A stretch of 64,000 nt of DNA from an uncultured Planctomycetota bacterium (GCA_963719315.1 CAVRBU010000004.1:64001-128000); one strand, 5' to 3'; positions 21,011 through 32,024 are shown, numbered from the stretch's first letter. A program made the numbers and translations. The notes: a model not told the origin generated them from the sequence alone.

Positions 21011-22483
21011 TCAGCCCACTCCTGAAATTGCTGATTCCAATGTATTTGCCTTTGCGGCCGTTTCAGATCCGCCACGTAAGGCGACGATCGTAAGTACCAC
21101 GCTGCAAACGGCATACACGATGCCGTTCGGTGTGCGGCTGGTCCACGCTTGCCACGGCCAAGGGTAGTGAAAGAACGCGAAATTCAGTCCGAAATAGAGC
21201 CACGTCGTCACCAGCAACGCCCATCGCGAAAAAGTGCGTGAACTGGGGTGGCTATCCGCATACCGGGCCAGCAAGAGCGCTGCCACGACGGTCACGACCA
21301 GCGGCAGAACCAGGTAAATTGCGAAACCAACGACAGGAGAAACCGCGTTCTCCTGGTAACAAAGCTGCCGCACCGTCTTACCAGCAATCGGCAGGGCGGT
21401 GATTGGCAGTGTGACCAAATAGGGCCAAAGCCGTCCTCCGATGACGGCCACTAGAGGAATCGCGATCATCGTCAGCGCGTTATCGGCAACCATATCCAAG
21501 GGCGGGTATTCGGCGAAATTCCAGGTGACGAGCGCTGTCACGTGTACCACAACCAGCAGCCATTCGGTCGGTTCTCGGAATATGACTGCTGGAGTCTGTT
21601 GCTCGGCCGCGATCAGGCGCCTGTTCAGCCACAGTCCAAGCGCCAACATCGCGCCCCAAACCGCGCCAAACGTCGTTTCCATGAAGTTCCACCAATTCAT
21701 GTGCGGATCGAGCGTCGCAAACCAACCATTGCGAATCGAGTCGACGTTCCAGGCATGGTAGGCCTGCAGGCACTGTCCGCCGGCGAACCCGAGCGCGCCT
21801 CCCAAAAACCCCCAGGCGGCCAGACGAAGGGCGAGCCGATCTCTTCGGATCACGCCGAGATACGCGACGAACGCGAGTAGCGCGAATAACAATCCTCCCC
21901 ATCGCTCCGGACGTGGTTCAAGAGCGGCGCCCGGCTCCCAATACCAGTCGTCTGAGAAGTATATTTTCGGCAACTTATGCGTGGCCGGATCGAAGGGCAT
22001 ATTCAACAGGTACACGCCCAGAAAAAAACAAGCGAGCAACACCGCCAGCAGCATGGCAAGCTCGAAGGGTCGATACGTGCGTTCGCCGAGCCCCATCCCC
22101 AGCATGGCGCCCGCAAACGCAATCCAAATCCCTCCCTTGATCGCGAGGCCCAGCAGCCCCCAGCGAAGTGCCTCCCAGTTGCCGATTAACGCAACGTCTT
22201 GAGTTAATCCGACCGTTTGGCCGTACGTCATCGATCCGCCCAATGAAATACCCAAGGCGCAGAGGGCCACAGCCCGCGCCGCCGTCAGCGATGTCGCGCG
22301 TGGGCAAAACAAGTGCACCAAAACGAGGCCAGCCAATACGCCGGCCAGCATTGCGCCGGTCTCGTGACCGTACTGCCCACGAATGCCCCACCCCATTCCA
22401 CCAGCCGATGCAGCCGATACGAGCACCAACCAGAGCGGTGGATACGATCGGTCGTCGTGCAATGGGTACGAATCAGCGGTCAT
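21011..22483 (-). CDS. Polytopic membrane protein of unknown function
   Basis: 490 aa with many TM segments; GWGIRGQYGHETGA and GGSMTYGQT motifs. Confidence 0.8.
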   Translation of the reverse strand: MTADSYPLHDDRSYPPLWLVLVSAASAGGMGWGIRGQYGHETGAMLAGVLAGLVLVHLFCPRATSLTAARAVALCALGISLGGSMTYGQTVGLTQDVALIGNWEALRWGLLGLAIKGGIWIAFAGAMLGMGLGERTYRPFELAMLLAVLLACFFLGVYLLNMPFDPATHKLPKIYFSDDWYWEPGAALEPRPERWGGLLFALLAFVAYLGVIRRDRLALRLAAWGFLGGALGFAGGQCLQAYHAWNVDSIRNGWFATLDPHMNWWNFMETTFGAVWGAMLALGLWLNRRLIAAEQQTPAVIFREPTEWLLVVVHVTALVTWNFAEYPPLDMVADNALTMIAIPLVAVIGGRLWPYLVTLPITALPIAGKTVRQLCYQENAVSPVVGFAIYLVLPLVVTVVAALLLARYADSHPSSRTFSRWALLVTTWLYFGLNFAFFHYPWPWQAWTSRTPNGIVYAVCSVVLTIVALRGGSETAAKANTLESAISGVG

Positions 22484-22513
22484 CCAGTTTCGTTAGCAGC
22501 AGGTTTCGCCGTT

Positions 22514-23887
22514 TCAGGTAACCTCCCAACCCTTTCGGTAAGTGCCACGAATCAACTGTGTCGCCTCTCGATTGTTGACGACCTCTCCAGTCTGCCCATC
22601 GTATTCCAGCGCCTGACCCAGGCGAACGGCGAGATTGCCGAGCAGCATGGCTTCTGTCATCCTCGACGCGTAGTCGAAGTTGCTCATCGGCGCGGGCCCT
22701 CCCTGGATGGCGCGAATCCACTCTCGCTTTTGGTCCGTATCGGGGCCATCGGCTCCGCCCAAACGCTCAATCGTCGCCCGAGGGCGCTGAAAGTCTGCAA
22801 ACTCCTTTTTGGGCAGTAGCACTTGTTCGCTGCCGTAGTCGCTGGGAGTGAAGATCGAGCCTCTCTCACCGATAAAAATCATACCGCTGTCAACGAATTG
22901 TTCGCCCTGCAACAAGTCCGTGTGGGGCAGATTGCGCTGGCCATCCTTGGCACCCTCGTACCAGGTAAGTTTTACTGCCGGCAAAGCACCTCGAGCGGGA
23001 AACTCATAAATAATTGTCGCCCAAGCGGGATATGTTTCCGGATTGATCGGGCCGCTCTGGGCAGATACGCGCTGCGGGAGGCCCAATTTCAGCGCCATGA
23101 AGGCGAGATTCGCCGTGTGGCAAGCCATATCGCCCAACGCGCCGGTCCCAAAGTCCCACCAACCACGCCAGTTGTGTGGATGGTACACCGGATTGTATGG
23201 CCGGACGGCTGCCGGACCCAGAAACAGATCCCAGTGGACGCGAGACGGAACGGGGATCGTTTCCGTTGGGCGAGCTACGATGTCCGGCGCCTGTTTCCAA
23301 TAGTTGAACGGTCGGTTGGTCCAAACATGGACCTCTTGAATCGGGCCGATCGCACCGGATTGGACCAACTCGATTCCAGCGCGAAAACCATCGGCTGCGG
23401 TTCCCTGGTTTCCCATCTGGGTTTGCACCTTGCATTGCCGAGCCGTTTCCCGCATCAGCCGTGCTTCGGCGGGCGTGTGAGTGAGCGGCTTTTGGCAATA
23501 AACGTGCTTGCCCATCCGCATCGCACGAATCGATGCCGGTGCGTGATGGTGGTCGGGTGCGCTAACGACAACCGCATCAATTTCACGTCCCATTTCGTCC
23601 AGCAGCTTGCGGTAGTCGAAGTACCGCTTGGCCTTGGGAAAGACTTGTGCTTTCTCGTTCAGGCGAATCTCGTCGATATCGCAGATAGCTACTACATCCG
23701 CAAACTTTCCTGCCTGATCGATGTCGCTCTTTCCTTTGCCCCCGACGCCGATACCTGCAATGCGTAATCGTTCATTGGGCGAATTGCTGAACGCGAAATT
23801 GGTCTGCCCAGCAACCCAATAGCCGGCGGCCGCGCCAGACAGTGTTCCAAAGAAACTCCGTCGATTCAAGCGTCGTGACATGGTCAA
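22514..23887 (-). CDS. Tat-exported Gfo/Idh/MocA oxidoreductase
   Basis: NRRSFFG, IGVGGKG, PDHHHA, HVYCQKPL, WRGWWDFGTGALGDMACH. Confidence 0.92.
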   Translation of the reverse strand: MTMSRRLNRRSFFGTLSGAAAGYWVAGQTNFAFSNSPNERLRIAGIGVGGKGKSDIDQAGKFADVVAICDIDEIRLNEKAQVFPKAKRYFDYRKLLDEMGREIDAVVVSAPDHHHAPASIRAMRMGKHVYCQKPLTHTPAEARLMRETARQCKVQTQMGNQGTAADGFRAGIELVQSGAIGPIQEVHVWTNRPFNYWKQAPDIVARPTETIPVPSRVHWDLFLGPAAVRPYNPVYHPHNWRGWWDFGTGALGDMACHTANLAFMALKLGLPQRVSAQSGPINPETYPAWATIIYEFPARGALPAVKLTWYEGAKDGQRNLPHTDLLQGEQFVDSGMIFIGERGSIFTPSDYGSEQVLLPKKEFADFQRPRATIERLGGADGPDTDQKREWIRAIQGGPAPMSNFDYASRMTEAMLLGNLAVRLGQALEYDGQTGEVVNNREATQLIRGTYRKGWEVT

Positions 23888-24075
23888 AGCTCCTTAGCAC
23901 CGTTTTTCAGCACGGGCCTTATTTCAAATTCAGGTGAGGACACAAGACCCGGCTGTAGAAACTGTCCGCCGATCGCTTCTTCTAAGCGCGACTCCGGACT
24001 ACAATCGGCGATAACTGGTTCAATTTTCGCCCCACTCTACGTTGATTAGGATACTCCATCATGTGCAGCCGCGAA

Positions 24076-25152
24076 ATGAAAACCTGTTGGATTTGTACAA
24101 TAATAGTGTTAATTTCGTCAGGAGCCGCCTCGGCCGAGTTGACAATCGAAAAGGTCTTTGGCCCGGAAACGCCCGGCGGCACCTACAAGCATCCAGTTTC
24201 GATCGAAGAACTGCCAAATGGCGATCTCTATATTGCCTACCACGGCGGCGAAGCCGAGTACGACCGCGATACGGCGGATTTCGGCGCTCGTCGCCGCAAG
24301 GGATCGGAAAAGTGGTCGCCACCAAAGCCGATTGCCGACACACCGAACCGCGGGGAAGGCAACGCCGTTATCTGGCAGGAACCTGGCGGACTCACGTGGC
24401 TGTTTTATGTGACCCGATACGGGGATACATGGTCCGACTCGATCATCAAATACAAGTATTCCACGGACGGAGCGGAAACCTGGAGCGATCCGGAGATTAT
24501 CTCGTTCGAAAAAGGACTTCTGGTCCGATCGCAGCCTCTCCAACTCGCCAACGGCGATTTCCTGCTGCCGATCTACCACGAGAGAGGAACCGACAAGGAG
24601 CATGTTGGGGAGGAAAGCACTTCCCTCTTCGCCCGATTCAGCAAAGCGACCAAGCAATGGGATCTTACCGAAGAGGTTCACTCTCGGCTGGGTAATATTC
24701 AGCCTGCTGTCGTGCAGCTTGATGCAAAGGATCTTCTGGCATTTTGCCGCCGTGGAGGAGGCTATGGTCATGTCCCGGATGGGTTTATCGTGAGGACTGA
24801 GTCGCACGATGGTGGACTCACCTGGTCGCCGGGAGCGAATACCAAATTTCCAAACCCCAATTCGGCCGTCGATCTCATCAAGCTCCGCAACGGCCATCTC
24901 GTGATGATTTACAATGACAGCTTTTACGGCGAACGCATGCCGCTGACGATGCGGGTATCCACGGATAATGGCACGACCTGGTCCCACGCTCGCAACATTG
25001 TCAACAAACCCGGCGATACGGCCGCCTACCCGTACATTATTGAAACCGCCGACGGGCACATACACGGCGTCTATACGTCGCAAGAACGAACCGTCATCAA
25101 CCACTTTGACCTGGAGGAAGCAGATATTACCGACCACGCGGAAGGCAAATAG
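24076..25152 (+). CDS. Sialidase-like BNR/Asp-box beta-propeller
   Basis: Signal peptide; Asp boxes STDGAETWS, SHDGGLTWS, STDNGTTWS; AYP motif. Confidence 0.85.
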   Translation: MKTCWICTIIVLISSGAASAELTIEKVFGPETPGGTYKHPVSIEELPNGDLYIAYHGGEAEYDRDTADFGARRRKGSEKWSPPKPIADTPNRGEGNAVIWQEPGGLTWLFYVTRYGDTWSDSIIKYKYSTDGAETWSDPEIISFEKGLLVRSQPLQLANGDFLLPIYHERGTDKEHVGEESTSLFARFSKATKQWDLTEEVHSRLGNIQPAVVQLDAKDLLAFCRRGGGYGHVPDGFIVRTESHDGGLTWSPGANTKFPNPNSAVDLIKLRNGHLVMIYNDSFYGERMPLTMRVSTDNGTTWSHARNIVNKPGDTAAYPYIIETADGHIHGVYTSQERTVINHFDLEEADITDHAEGK

Positions 25153-25242
25153 GACCCAGCTACACGCCGAATTCTGTCGTCGATCTCGCGACTAGTACCG
25201 TAGTCGGTGCTATATTGAAGCGAATGGTTTCGCGGTTGTCGA

Positions 25243-27736
25243 TTGCGGATGGCACGTTTGATGTTGGGCTACGTGAATCAAACATGGGCGACAAAAAGTA
25301 GTCTGGCGGCAGCATTTTGCGTTCTACATCAACTGACGGGCTGCGCTCTCGCCCACGATGAGGTTTCTCGACCCATAGACCTCCGCGCGGCTCAGATTGT
25401 CGTGCCGGACAATCTGCACGGGCCGGAGAAAGCAGCCGTCGAACTATTCGTTGACGAGATCGCCGCGCGGACGCGACTACGTTTGCCCGTGGCTAATACC
25501 TGGCCAGTGGACGCTGCGACACCAGTGATTGCTATCGGGCCAATTGCAGCGTTAGACCGATTTGCCGGCGGTTTCGCGAAGGACTTCGCCGGTAATGTCA
25601 AACGACTCCAGGCGGAGGGATTCCGAATCCGAACGCACTCGCCGATAGAGCGAGCTCCTGTAATTCTCGTTGTCGGCAATGATTCCCGCGGCGTACTCTT
25701 CGGCGTTGGAAAACTCCTGCGCTCGCTGGACATGTCTCGGGACCGAATCGAATTGCGTGTTCCGCTCGATGTGACGACCGCGCCAGCCATGGCGATCCGT
25801 GGTCATCAGCTTGGCTATCGGCCTAAAACAAACTCTTACGACGCTTGGAATCTGGCCCAATGGGAACAGTATATGCGCGATCTTGCCGTTTTTGGCTGCA
25901 ACTCGATTGAGCTTATCCCGCCGCGATCCGACGACGACTCAGACAGCCCGCATTTTCCGTTGCCGCAGATGGATACGATGATCGGCATGTCGCGGATTGC
26001 GGACAAGTATGGGCTGGATGTGTGGATCTGGTATCCGGCAATGGATTCGAGTTACTCGACTCCCGCTGCCATCGAGGCGGCGGTCAAAGAGTGGGGCGAC
26101 GTTCTCTCGAAATTGCCGCGCGTCAATGCCTTGTTCGTGCCCTCCGGCGACCCGGGCAATGCTGGGCCACGTGAACTCATGCCGATGCTTGCCCGCCAAG
26201 CCGATCAATTGAATCGCATTCACCCCGGCGCAGATGTGGGTCTCGATGCAAAGCTTCACGCAACCCGAGTTCGACGAGATGCTGAAAATCCTTAAGGAGC
26301 AACCCCAATGGCTGGCGGGTATCGTCCATGGTCCACAGACGCGCGTCAGCGTTGCCAAGTTGCGCGAGATCCTGCCCAGTCGTTATGCGATCCGTGGCTA
26401 TCCCGACATTACGCATTGCATGCGGTGCGAATATCCCGTCCCCGACTGGGATTTGGCCTATCCGCTCACCGAGGGACGCGAGGTCATCAATCCTCGGCCA
26501 TTGGACGAAACAACTATATTTCGGCAATACAGAAACCGCGCCCGAGGAGTGATCACTTATTCCGAAGGTTGCAATGACGATGTTAACAAAGCGATCTGGA
26601 GCGCCCTTTGCTGGAATCCCGATGCTCAGCCGATCGACACGTTACGCGAATACAGTCGGTATTTCATTGGTGAAAAGTACACCGACGACTTTGCCCAAGG
26701 ACTTCTTGCGCTTGAACGGAACTGGCGAGGGCCTCTGCTGACGAACGAGGCCGTAACGACAACGTTGCAACAATTTCGCAAGATGGAGCAAACCGCGGAG
26801 CCGATCACGCTCCGCAACTGGCGATTCCAGCAAGCACTCTACCGGGCAACGTATGACGCCTATCAACGATCACGGTTGATCGAAGAAACGGCGCAAGAAA
26901 ACGAGGCGATGAACGACCTGGCCAATGCTCCGGCAATCGGAGTCAACCGGGCAATTGATGAAGCGGAATCAATTCTCGACCGTGCCGATGCCGCGAGAAG
27001 CTCCAGCCCGCTAGGGGAGCGCGTGAGGGAACTGGCCGAGGCTCTTTTTCAAAGCATTGGCATGCAGCTCTCGGTCGAAAAGTACCGCGCCATTGAAGTC
27101 GGGCGAGGTGCCAACCTTGATGAAATGAATGTGCCCCTCAACAGCCGAGTCTGGTTGAAAAGCCGCTTAGCCGCGTTGCGAAAACTCGACGACGATGCCG
27201 CTAAGCTCCGCGGCATCGACGAGATTCTTCAATGGACTGATCCGGGCCCCGGCGGATTCTACGACGATTTAGGCAACCCCTCACGCCAGCCTCACCTCGT
27301 TCGCGATGTACCATACGAAAAGGATCCCAGCTTCCTCGAAACTCCAACCATCGGATTTCGCTCCGAGCCCTCTTGGAGGCGGTCTTGGTGCACGCACGTT
27401 GACGGCCACTACCAAACGCCTGTCACGATGCACTATGGCAATCTGGACCCCTCGGCGAGGTACAAACTGCGTGTCGTCTACGCGGGGGACAACTTCGAAG
27501 TCCGCGTTCGGCTATTCGCAATTTCTAATTCTGCGAATGCCGACAAGCAAGAGATCGAAATTCATCCCTATCAATTAAAACCGCAGCCCGTGAGTCCCAT
27601 CGAATTTGAGATTCCCATCGAGGCAACGTCCGGCGGTGACCTCATGCTTAGATGGCAGTCAAATTCCGAACGAGGCCACGCGGGCCGCGGTTGCCAGATT
27701 GCCGAGGTGTGGTTGATAAAACTCCACGTGAATTAA
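25243..27736 (+). CDS. Secreted glycoside-hydrolase-like protein with GH20/GH67-type N-terminal domain (frameshift near 26233)
   Basis: AEGFRI...VVGNDSRGVLFGVGKLLR, RGHQLGYRPKTNSYDAW. ORFs 25243-26295 and 26234-27736 overlap and join. Confidence 0.7.
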
Positions 27737-27854
27737 GTCCGTCTTCCAATCTCAGTGCAGTTCGCGGGATCGGGAACCGCCTCTGATTCTCTCCGCCGGT
27801 GTGGCTGAAGAAAAAGTCCACGGGATCTGCCGCTTTTTGAGCCGCTTCCACTTC

Positions 27855-28877
27855 TTAGCGGAACCAACGTCGGCTGCCGCATAGGCCCGTAAAACTGAAC
27901 AATGCGATCCCCAGTACCAAGCTCGACGGCTCGGGAACGTCAAGGTAATAACCCACGATCGGCGCCGCGGTATCGCTAGCCCACTCGCCATCGTTGCCGG
28001 GCGGCGTTGTGAGCTCGCCGCTAGCTTCGAGCGAGAAGGAAATATCGATCGTGCGGCCGAGAGCCATAATCGGCTCGCCGCGCTGGCCCGGCTGAGCGCC
28101 GGGGTAGCTCATGAAACCAACAAACGGCGCGACCATCTCCAATTCATGCCCGTCGGGCGACAACGCGCCCCGAATCAACCCCTGGTAAACCGGTCCTTTG
28201 TCGGCGACAAACGTGATGCTTGTTCCATCGTGAAGATCATGATCGCCGGAGGTGGAATCGCCAAACATGACCCACTGCGAGTAGTAGTCGTACGTCCCCG
28301 GCAATATGTTCACAATGCCCTGTTTTTGCTCTTCCTCTACCGCGGCCACTTCAGGGTCGCTCGTCGCTCCGTGATTGATGTAGTGGCCTGTGTTGAACGC
28401 CCCGTCGTAGAATTCAATCTCCATGTTCATGTCATAGCCGTTTGACGACGGATAATATCCTCCGTCGCTCAATTCGTAGCCAGTCGCGTCATTGTTGTCG
28501 ACGTCGATCGTGACAATTACATAGTATCTGCCGGCCCGTCCGTTGCCATCGGCCTGTCGCTGCGTGTTGCCGATCACTCCGCGTGCCCGAAAGTAGGCAT
28601 ACAAGTTTTGCTCATCGTGAGCGAATTTGTACTCCAGTATGTCCACGTCGGGATGGTCGGGATTTTCGGCCAAGGGCGCCGGGGGAGCGCCGTGCCAGTC
28701 CAGAGTCTCGTCATTTAAGGGATCCGAATAGGATGGCAAAGCGATCCAATCATCGAATGAGCCGTCGATCTCAATGTGCTGGATCGGGGCGCCAATGACG
28801 GCGCCGCCGAGCCATCCGAACGCCATCGCCGTGAGTGGATAAAATGTCCGCCGCAAAAATTCACGCGTTCCGCTCAT
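27855..28877 (-). CDS. PEP-CTERM protein with acidic beta-rich domain (paralog A)
   Basis: AGGAG RBS; IEIDGSFDDW, HPDVDILEYKFAHDEQNLYAYFRARG; VPEPSSLVLG...RRWFR. Confidence 0.85.
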   Translation of the reverse strand: MSGTREFLRRTFYPLTAMAFGWLGGAVIGAPIQHIEIDGSFDDWIALPSYSDPLNDETLDWHGAPPAPLAENPDHPDVDILEYKFAHDEQNLYAYFRARGVIGNTQRQADGNGRAGRYYVIVTIDVDNNDATGYELSDGGYYPSSNGYDMNMEIEFYDGAFNTGHYINHGATSDPEVAAVEEEQKQGIVNILPGTYDYYSQWVMFGDSTSGDHDLHDGTSITFVADKGPVYQGLIRGALSPDGHELEMVAPFVGFMSYPGAQPGQRGEPIMALGRTIDISFSLEASGELTTPPGNDGEWASDTAAPIVGYYLDVPEPSSLVLGIALFSFTGLCGSRRWFR

Positions 28878-29134
28878 CAATAAATCTCCTAGTATAAGGG
28901 CGATCCGTGTGCCGATGTCGTCGAGAGAGGGGCCACATGGCCGCACCTCAACTCGTAACGAAAGACCGCCTGCTAATCACGAAGCCCGCGACAAATTAGC
29001 CCAGAAGGGGCACGATCGCCGGTGAGAAGTGCATGAGCGCTGAGATGGCTGGAGTAGATAGACTGCCCAGGTGCTCGATTTCTATCAAGATGACCAGGAA
29101 TTGTCAATCACCGCGCCGCCAGAAGCCCAGGAAA

Positions 29135-29267
29135 CTAGTGCTTTGTCAAAGCTAAAGATTTGGGTTGGCAGATCAGCCGTAGGGCGCTAGCCCACGGTTG
29201 TTGTCGCTCCAACCGTGGGCTAGCGCCCTGCGTCTAATCCGAAGAGCAAGCTTTGACAAAGCACTAG
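29135..29267. mobile_element. MITE family B (133 bp) with internal REP-like palindrome
   Basis: Perfect 19-bp IR CTAGTGCTTTGTCAAAGCT (29135-29153 / 29249-29267); internal 23-bp stem 29178-29232. Removal restores the host gene's 3' end. Confidence 0.85.
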
Positions 29268-30414
29268 CACCGACCATCATCAATAGGGCTGTATCGGGCT
29301 CCGGAACCGCAGCCGACAGGGCAGCGCCGCTGCCCGCGCCCGAATTGTCAAACCGGGTGCGCCACTCGGTATAGTCGGCGGCATTCACGGTGCCCGGTGT
29401 ATCGACTTCATTCAGCAGCGGCCCGCCGTTCCGCCAGAGCACGTAATCGGCAGCGTCCACCGAGCCGTTTCCGTTGTAGTCGCCGGGTACGGGGGAGCCA
29501 AGAGAATAACTCACAATTGGAGCTCCGGTGTCACTTGCCCAAGTGCCGTTGCTCCCAGGCGGCGCAAATAGCTCTCCGCTGGCTTCCAGCGAGAACGATA
29601 CGTCGAGCGTCTTGCCCAGGGCCATGTTGGGATTGTTTCCGGTGTCTTTCAAAAACCCTTTGAACGGTGCGCACATTTCGAGTTCATGCCCGTCGGGAGA
29701 AAGCGCATACGATACGATCCCCGGTACCACGGGCCCTTTGTCCCGAACGATCGTCAGCGTATCGTTAGCTTGATATACCCATTGCGTATAGTTGTCGTAA
29801 TTGCCTGGGGCCGGCTGAACAAACCCGGGAGTATACGGTCCATCGTTATTTTGAGTCCACTGACCGGACGTGAGGTTTAAGAAGTCCTGGGTGAGTTCCT
29901 GTTGAGTGAGCGCGTCATGGCTCAAGTAATGACCCGTGTTGAAAGCGCCATCGTAGAATTCAAGTTCCATGTTCATGTCGTATCCGCGCGACGTTGGATA
30001 GTAGCCGCCTTCGTGAAGCCAATAACCGGTGGTGTCGCTATTATCGACGTCGATGGTGACAATGACGTAGTAGCGGCCCGCTCGGCCGGCGGATTGCTGC
30101 TGTGTCGCACCGATCTGGCCACGTGCCCGGAAGTATGCGTACAGGTTCTGCTCGTCGTGGGCGAACTTGTATTCCAGCAAATCGACATCGGGATGATTGA
30201 CATAAGTCGGCGCATCAAATTGTCCGCTGTGGTCCGTGTCGTGCTGATCGTTCAGCGGATCAAAATAAGACGGCACAGCATTCCAGTCGGCAAACGAGCC
30301 GTCAACAACGATTTGCTGCACCGGAGCGCCAGCAACAACGCCACACAGCACTGCGACTCCTATCACGGCGAGTGCACATTTTGCCTGCCGCAAAAGCTTA
30401 TGCCAGCCACCCAT
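29173..30414 (-). CDS. PEP-CTERM and dockerin-like protein (paralog B); C-terminus now supplied by the MITE
   Basis: Same domain as paralog A; GDYNGNGSVDAADYVLWR; VPEPDTALLMMVGA. Confidence 0.85.
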   Translation of the reverse strand: MGGWHKLLRQAKCALAVIGVAVLCGVVAGAPVQQIVVDGSFADWNAVPSYFDPLNDQHDTDHSGQFDAPTYVNHPDVDLLEYKFAHDEQNLYAYFRARGQIGATQQQSAGRAGRYYVIVTIDVDNSDTTGYWLHEGGYYPTSRGYDMNMELEFYDGAFNTGHYLSHDALTQQELTQDFLNLTSGQWTQNNDGPYTPGFVQPAPGNYDNYTQWVYQANDTLTIVRDKGPVVPGIVSYALSPDGHELEMCAPFKGFLKDTGNNPNMALGKTLDVSFSLEASGELFAPPGSNGTWASDTGAPIVSYSLGSPVPGDYNGNGSVDAADYVLWRNGGPLLNEVDTPGTVNAADYTEWRTRFDNSGAGSGAALSAAVPEPDTALLMMVGASALSKLALRIRRRALAHGWSDNNRGLAPYG

Positions 30415-30447
30415 CGATGATTTTCCTGGGGAGTTAGGGGGTTCTAA

Positions 30448-30555
30448 GTCAAGATTCGTGTATCCGTCGTTGTTGCGATCTTCACTTCCGTCGCAAACGT
30501 CATCTGCATTTAGCCCGTGCTCCAACTCCTACTTGTCGGGCTTTCCATCGCCATT
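30448..30555 (-). pseudogene. Remnant of a pectate-lyase C-terminal segment
   Basis: NGDGKPDK*ELEHGLNADD...DRNNDGYTNLD aligns with DSDGMPNAWEIAQGLNPNN...GGYTNLE of 14892-16357; TAG replaces the Trp codon. Confidence 0.6.
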
Positions 30556-30816
30556 TCAATCGCTCGGAGAGCAATTGCGTGGTCAAAAGTGCTAATTGGG
30601 GGCGTGAAAACTCTGGCGACTGGTTTTATGCAAAAAGGTGGTTTCCATGGAATTTTGATTCGGGCTGGCTTGCCAACGCTGCGTCGCAGGAGTGCATTAT
30701 GATGATCGGCTCCCCAAAGCCAAGGCAGCCGACGGACAAAACGAACGATGCATAACCCGGTAGGATGTCTGTAGAATGATCGAACCGCCCAGATCGCTCA
30801 ATGCGTCAGAATCGAC

Positions 30817-30938
30817 GGTAGTGTCCTAATTTGCGGCGTAACAAGCTTGTTGCACGGGCTTCAGTCCGTGATTCTCGTACGGACTGAAGTCCATGCTACA
30901 TAGTTCCGGTCCGAACGGCGCCATTTTAGGACGCCACC
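30817..30938 (-). mobile_element. MITE family A copy 1 (122 bp)
   Basis: Ends GGTAGTGTCCTAA / TTAGGACGCCACC; 8-bp target duplication GAATCGAC (30809-30816, 30939-30946); internal inverted REP-like pair. Confidence 0.9.
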
Positions 30939-31016
30939 GAATCGACCGATCGCAGTCATTCGACGCCGTGGTTGTACAAACAGTATAATGTCAACGTTAC
31001 TTTTAGGAGGTTTGCC

Positions 31017-31931
31017 ATGCGAAAAAAGTCCCTTTCCACTGCCTGCGGTTTGCTCGCGATGTGCTTCATCGGATTAATAGGCTGCGGTAAGGGGAAATCC
31101 AATGCTCCGGTAGCGGGCCAGGCTCCCGCACACCACCATCACCACGACCACGGAATGTCTCGCGGCCCACACGGGGGACAAGTCATAGGGCTCGACATCG
31201 AAAGCTACCACGTCGAGCTAACGCACGACCCGGCGTCGCATCACGTGGGCGTCTACTTGCTGGGTGAGGATGCGGCGACGGCGGCGCCAATTGAGGCTGC
31301 CTCGGTTACGATCGACGCTTCGGTTGGCGACACGTCGGAGAAATATACGTTGCCTGCCGTCGCCCAGCCGGGCGAGGCCGCGGGTAAGTCGTCGTACTTC
31401 GAACTGGTGAGCGAGCCACTCGATACCGTCGTCTCGGGCCAATCGGGTTCGCCGATCGGAGAGCTGCAATTTAACGTAACCATTGCAGGAAAGCCCCAGG
31501 TGGGCACAATCGGCCTGCAAGATCTGGGTGACGCCTTGGCGAACCTTGGCGGTGGCAGCGCCACCTCCGACGACATTTTGTTGTGGCTCAAGCAAATCAA
31601 CGAACAAGGCTATGATCTCTCCCTAGGCCACCATGGATCGTCGCTGCTGGCCGGTAGCCAAGTGGAACCGGCGGTCCAGATCACGCGAGAGGGGAAGCCC
31701 GTCGCTGACGCAAAGGTGTTCAATTCCCTGCTGGACAGTGACAGCCATACGATTTTGGCAGAAGAAGTCGCTACCGTCTATGAGCCGCCGGCTGGCGATG
31801 AACCGTCCCATTACGCGCAAGGCTCGCTCAAGATCCCATCCGGCACGCGACAGGCCATTCTCCGCTACCGCATCATCCTGCCGGAGGGCAGGGGAGAGCA
31901 CACGTATGATGTGCCCGTGGCGGTGAAATAA
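31017..31931 (+). CDS. His-rich lipoprotein, putative metal binding
   Basis: AGGAGG RBS; lipobox LIGC; HHHHHDHGMSRGPHGG; YHVEL; LGHHG; EPSHYAQG. Confidence 0.8.
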   Translation: MRKKSLSTACGLLAMCFIGLIGCGKGKSNAPVAGQAPAHHHHHDHGMSRGPHGGQVIGLDIESYHVELTHDPASHHVGVYLLGEDAATAAPIEAASVTIDASVGDTSEKYTLPAVAQPGEAAGKSSYFELVSEPLDTVVSGQSGSPIGELQFNVTIAGKPQVGTIGLQDLGDALANLGGGSATSDDILLWLKQINEQGYDLSLGHHGSSLLAGSQVEPAVQITREGKPVADAKVFNSLLDSDSHTILAEEVATVYEPPAGDEPSHYAQGSLKIPSGTRQAILRYRIILPEGRGEHTYDVPVAVK

Positions 31932-32024
31932 GCGCGTCGGCGCGCTGTGAGGTCTCGGCTGGGGTTGCTGCATACCATCCAGCGGCCTGATTGCCAGACG
32001 CTCGACTCGCGTCGCGGCGGCTCG

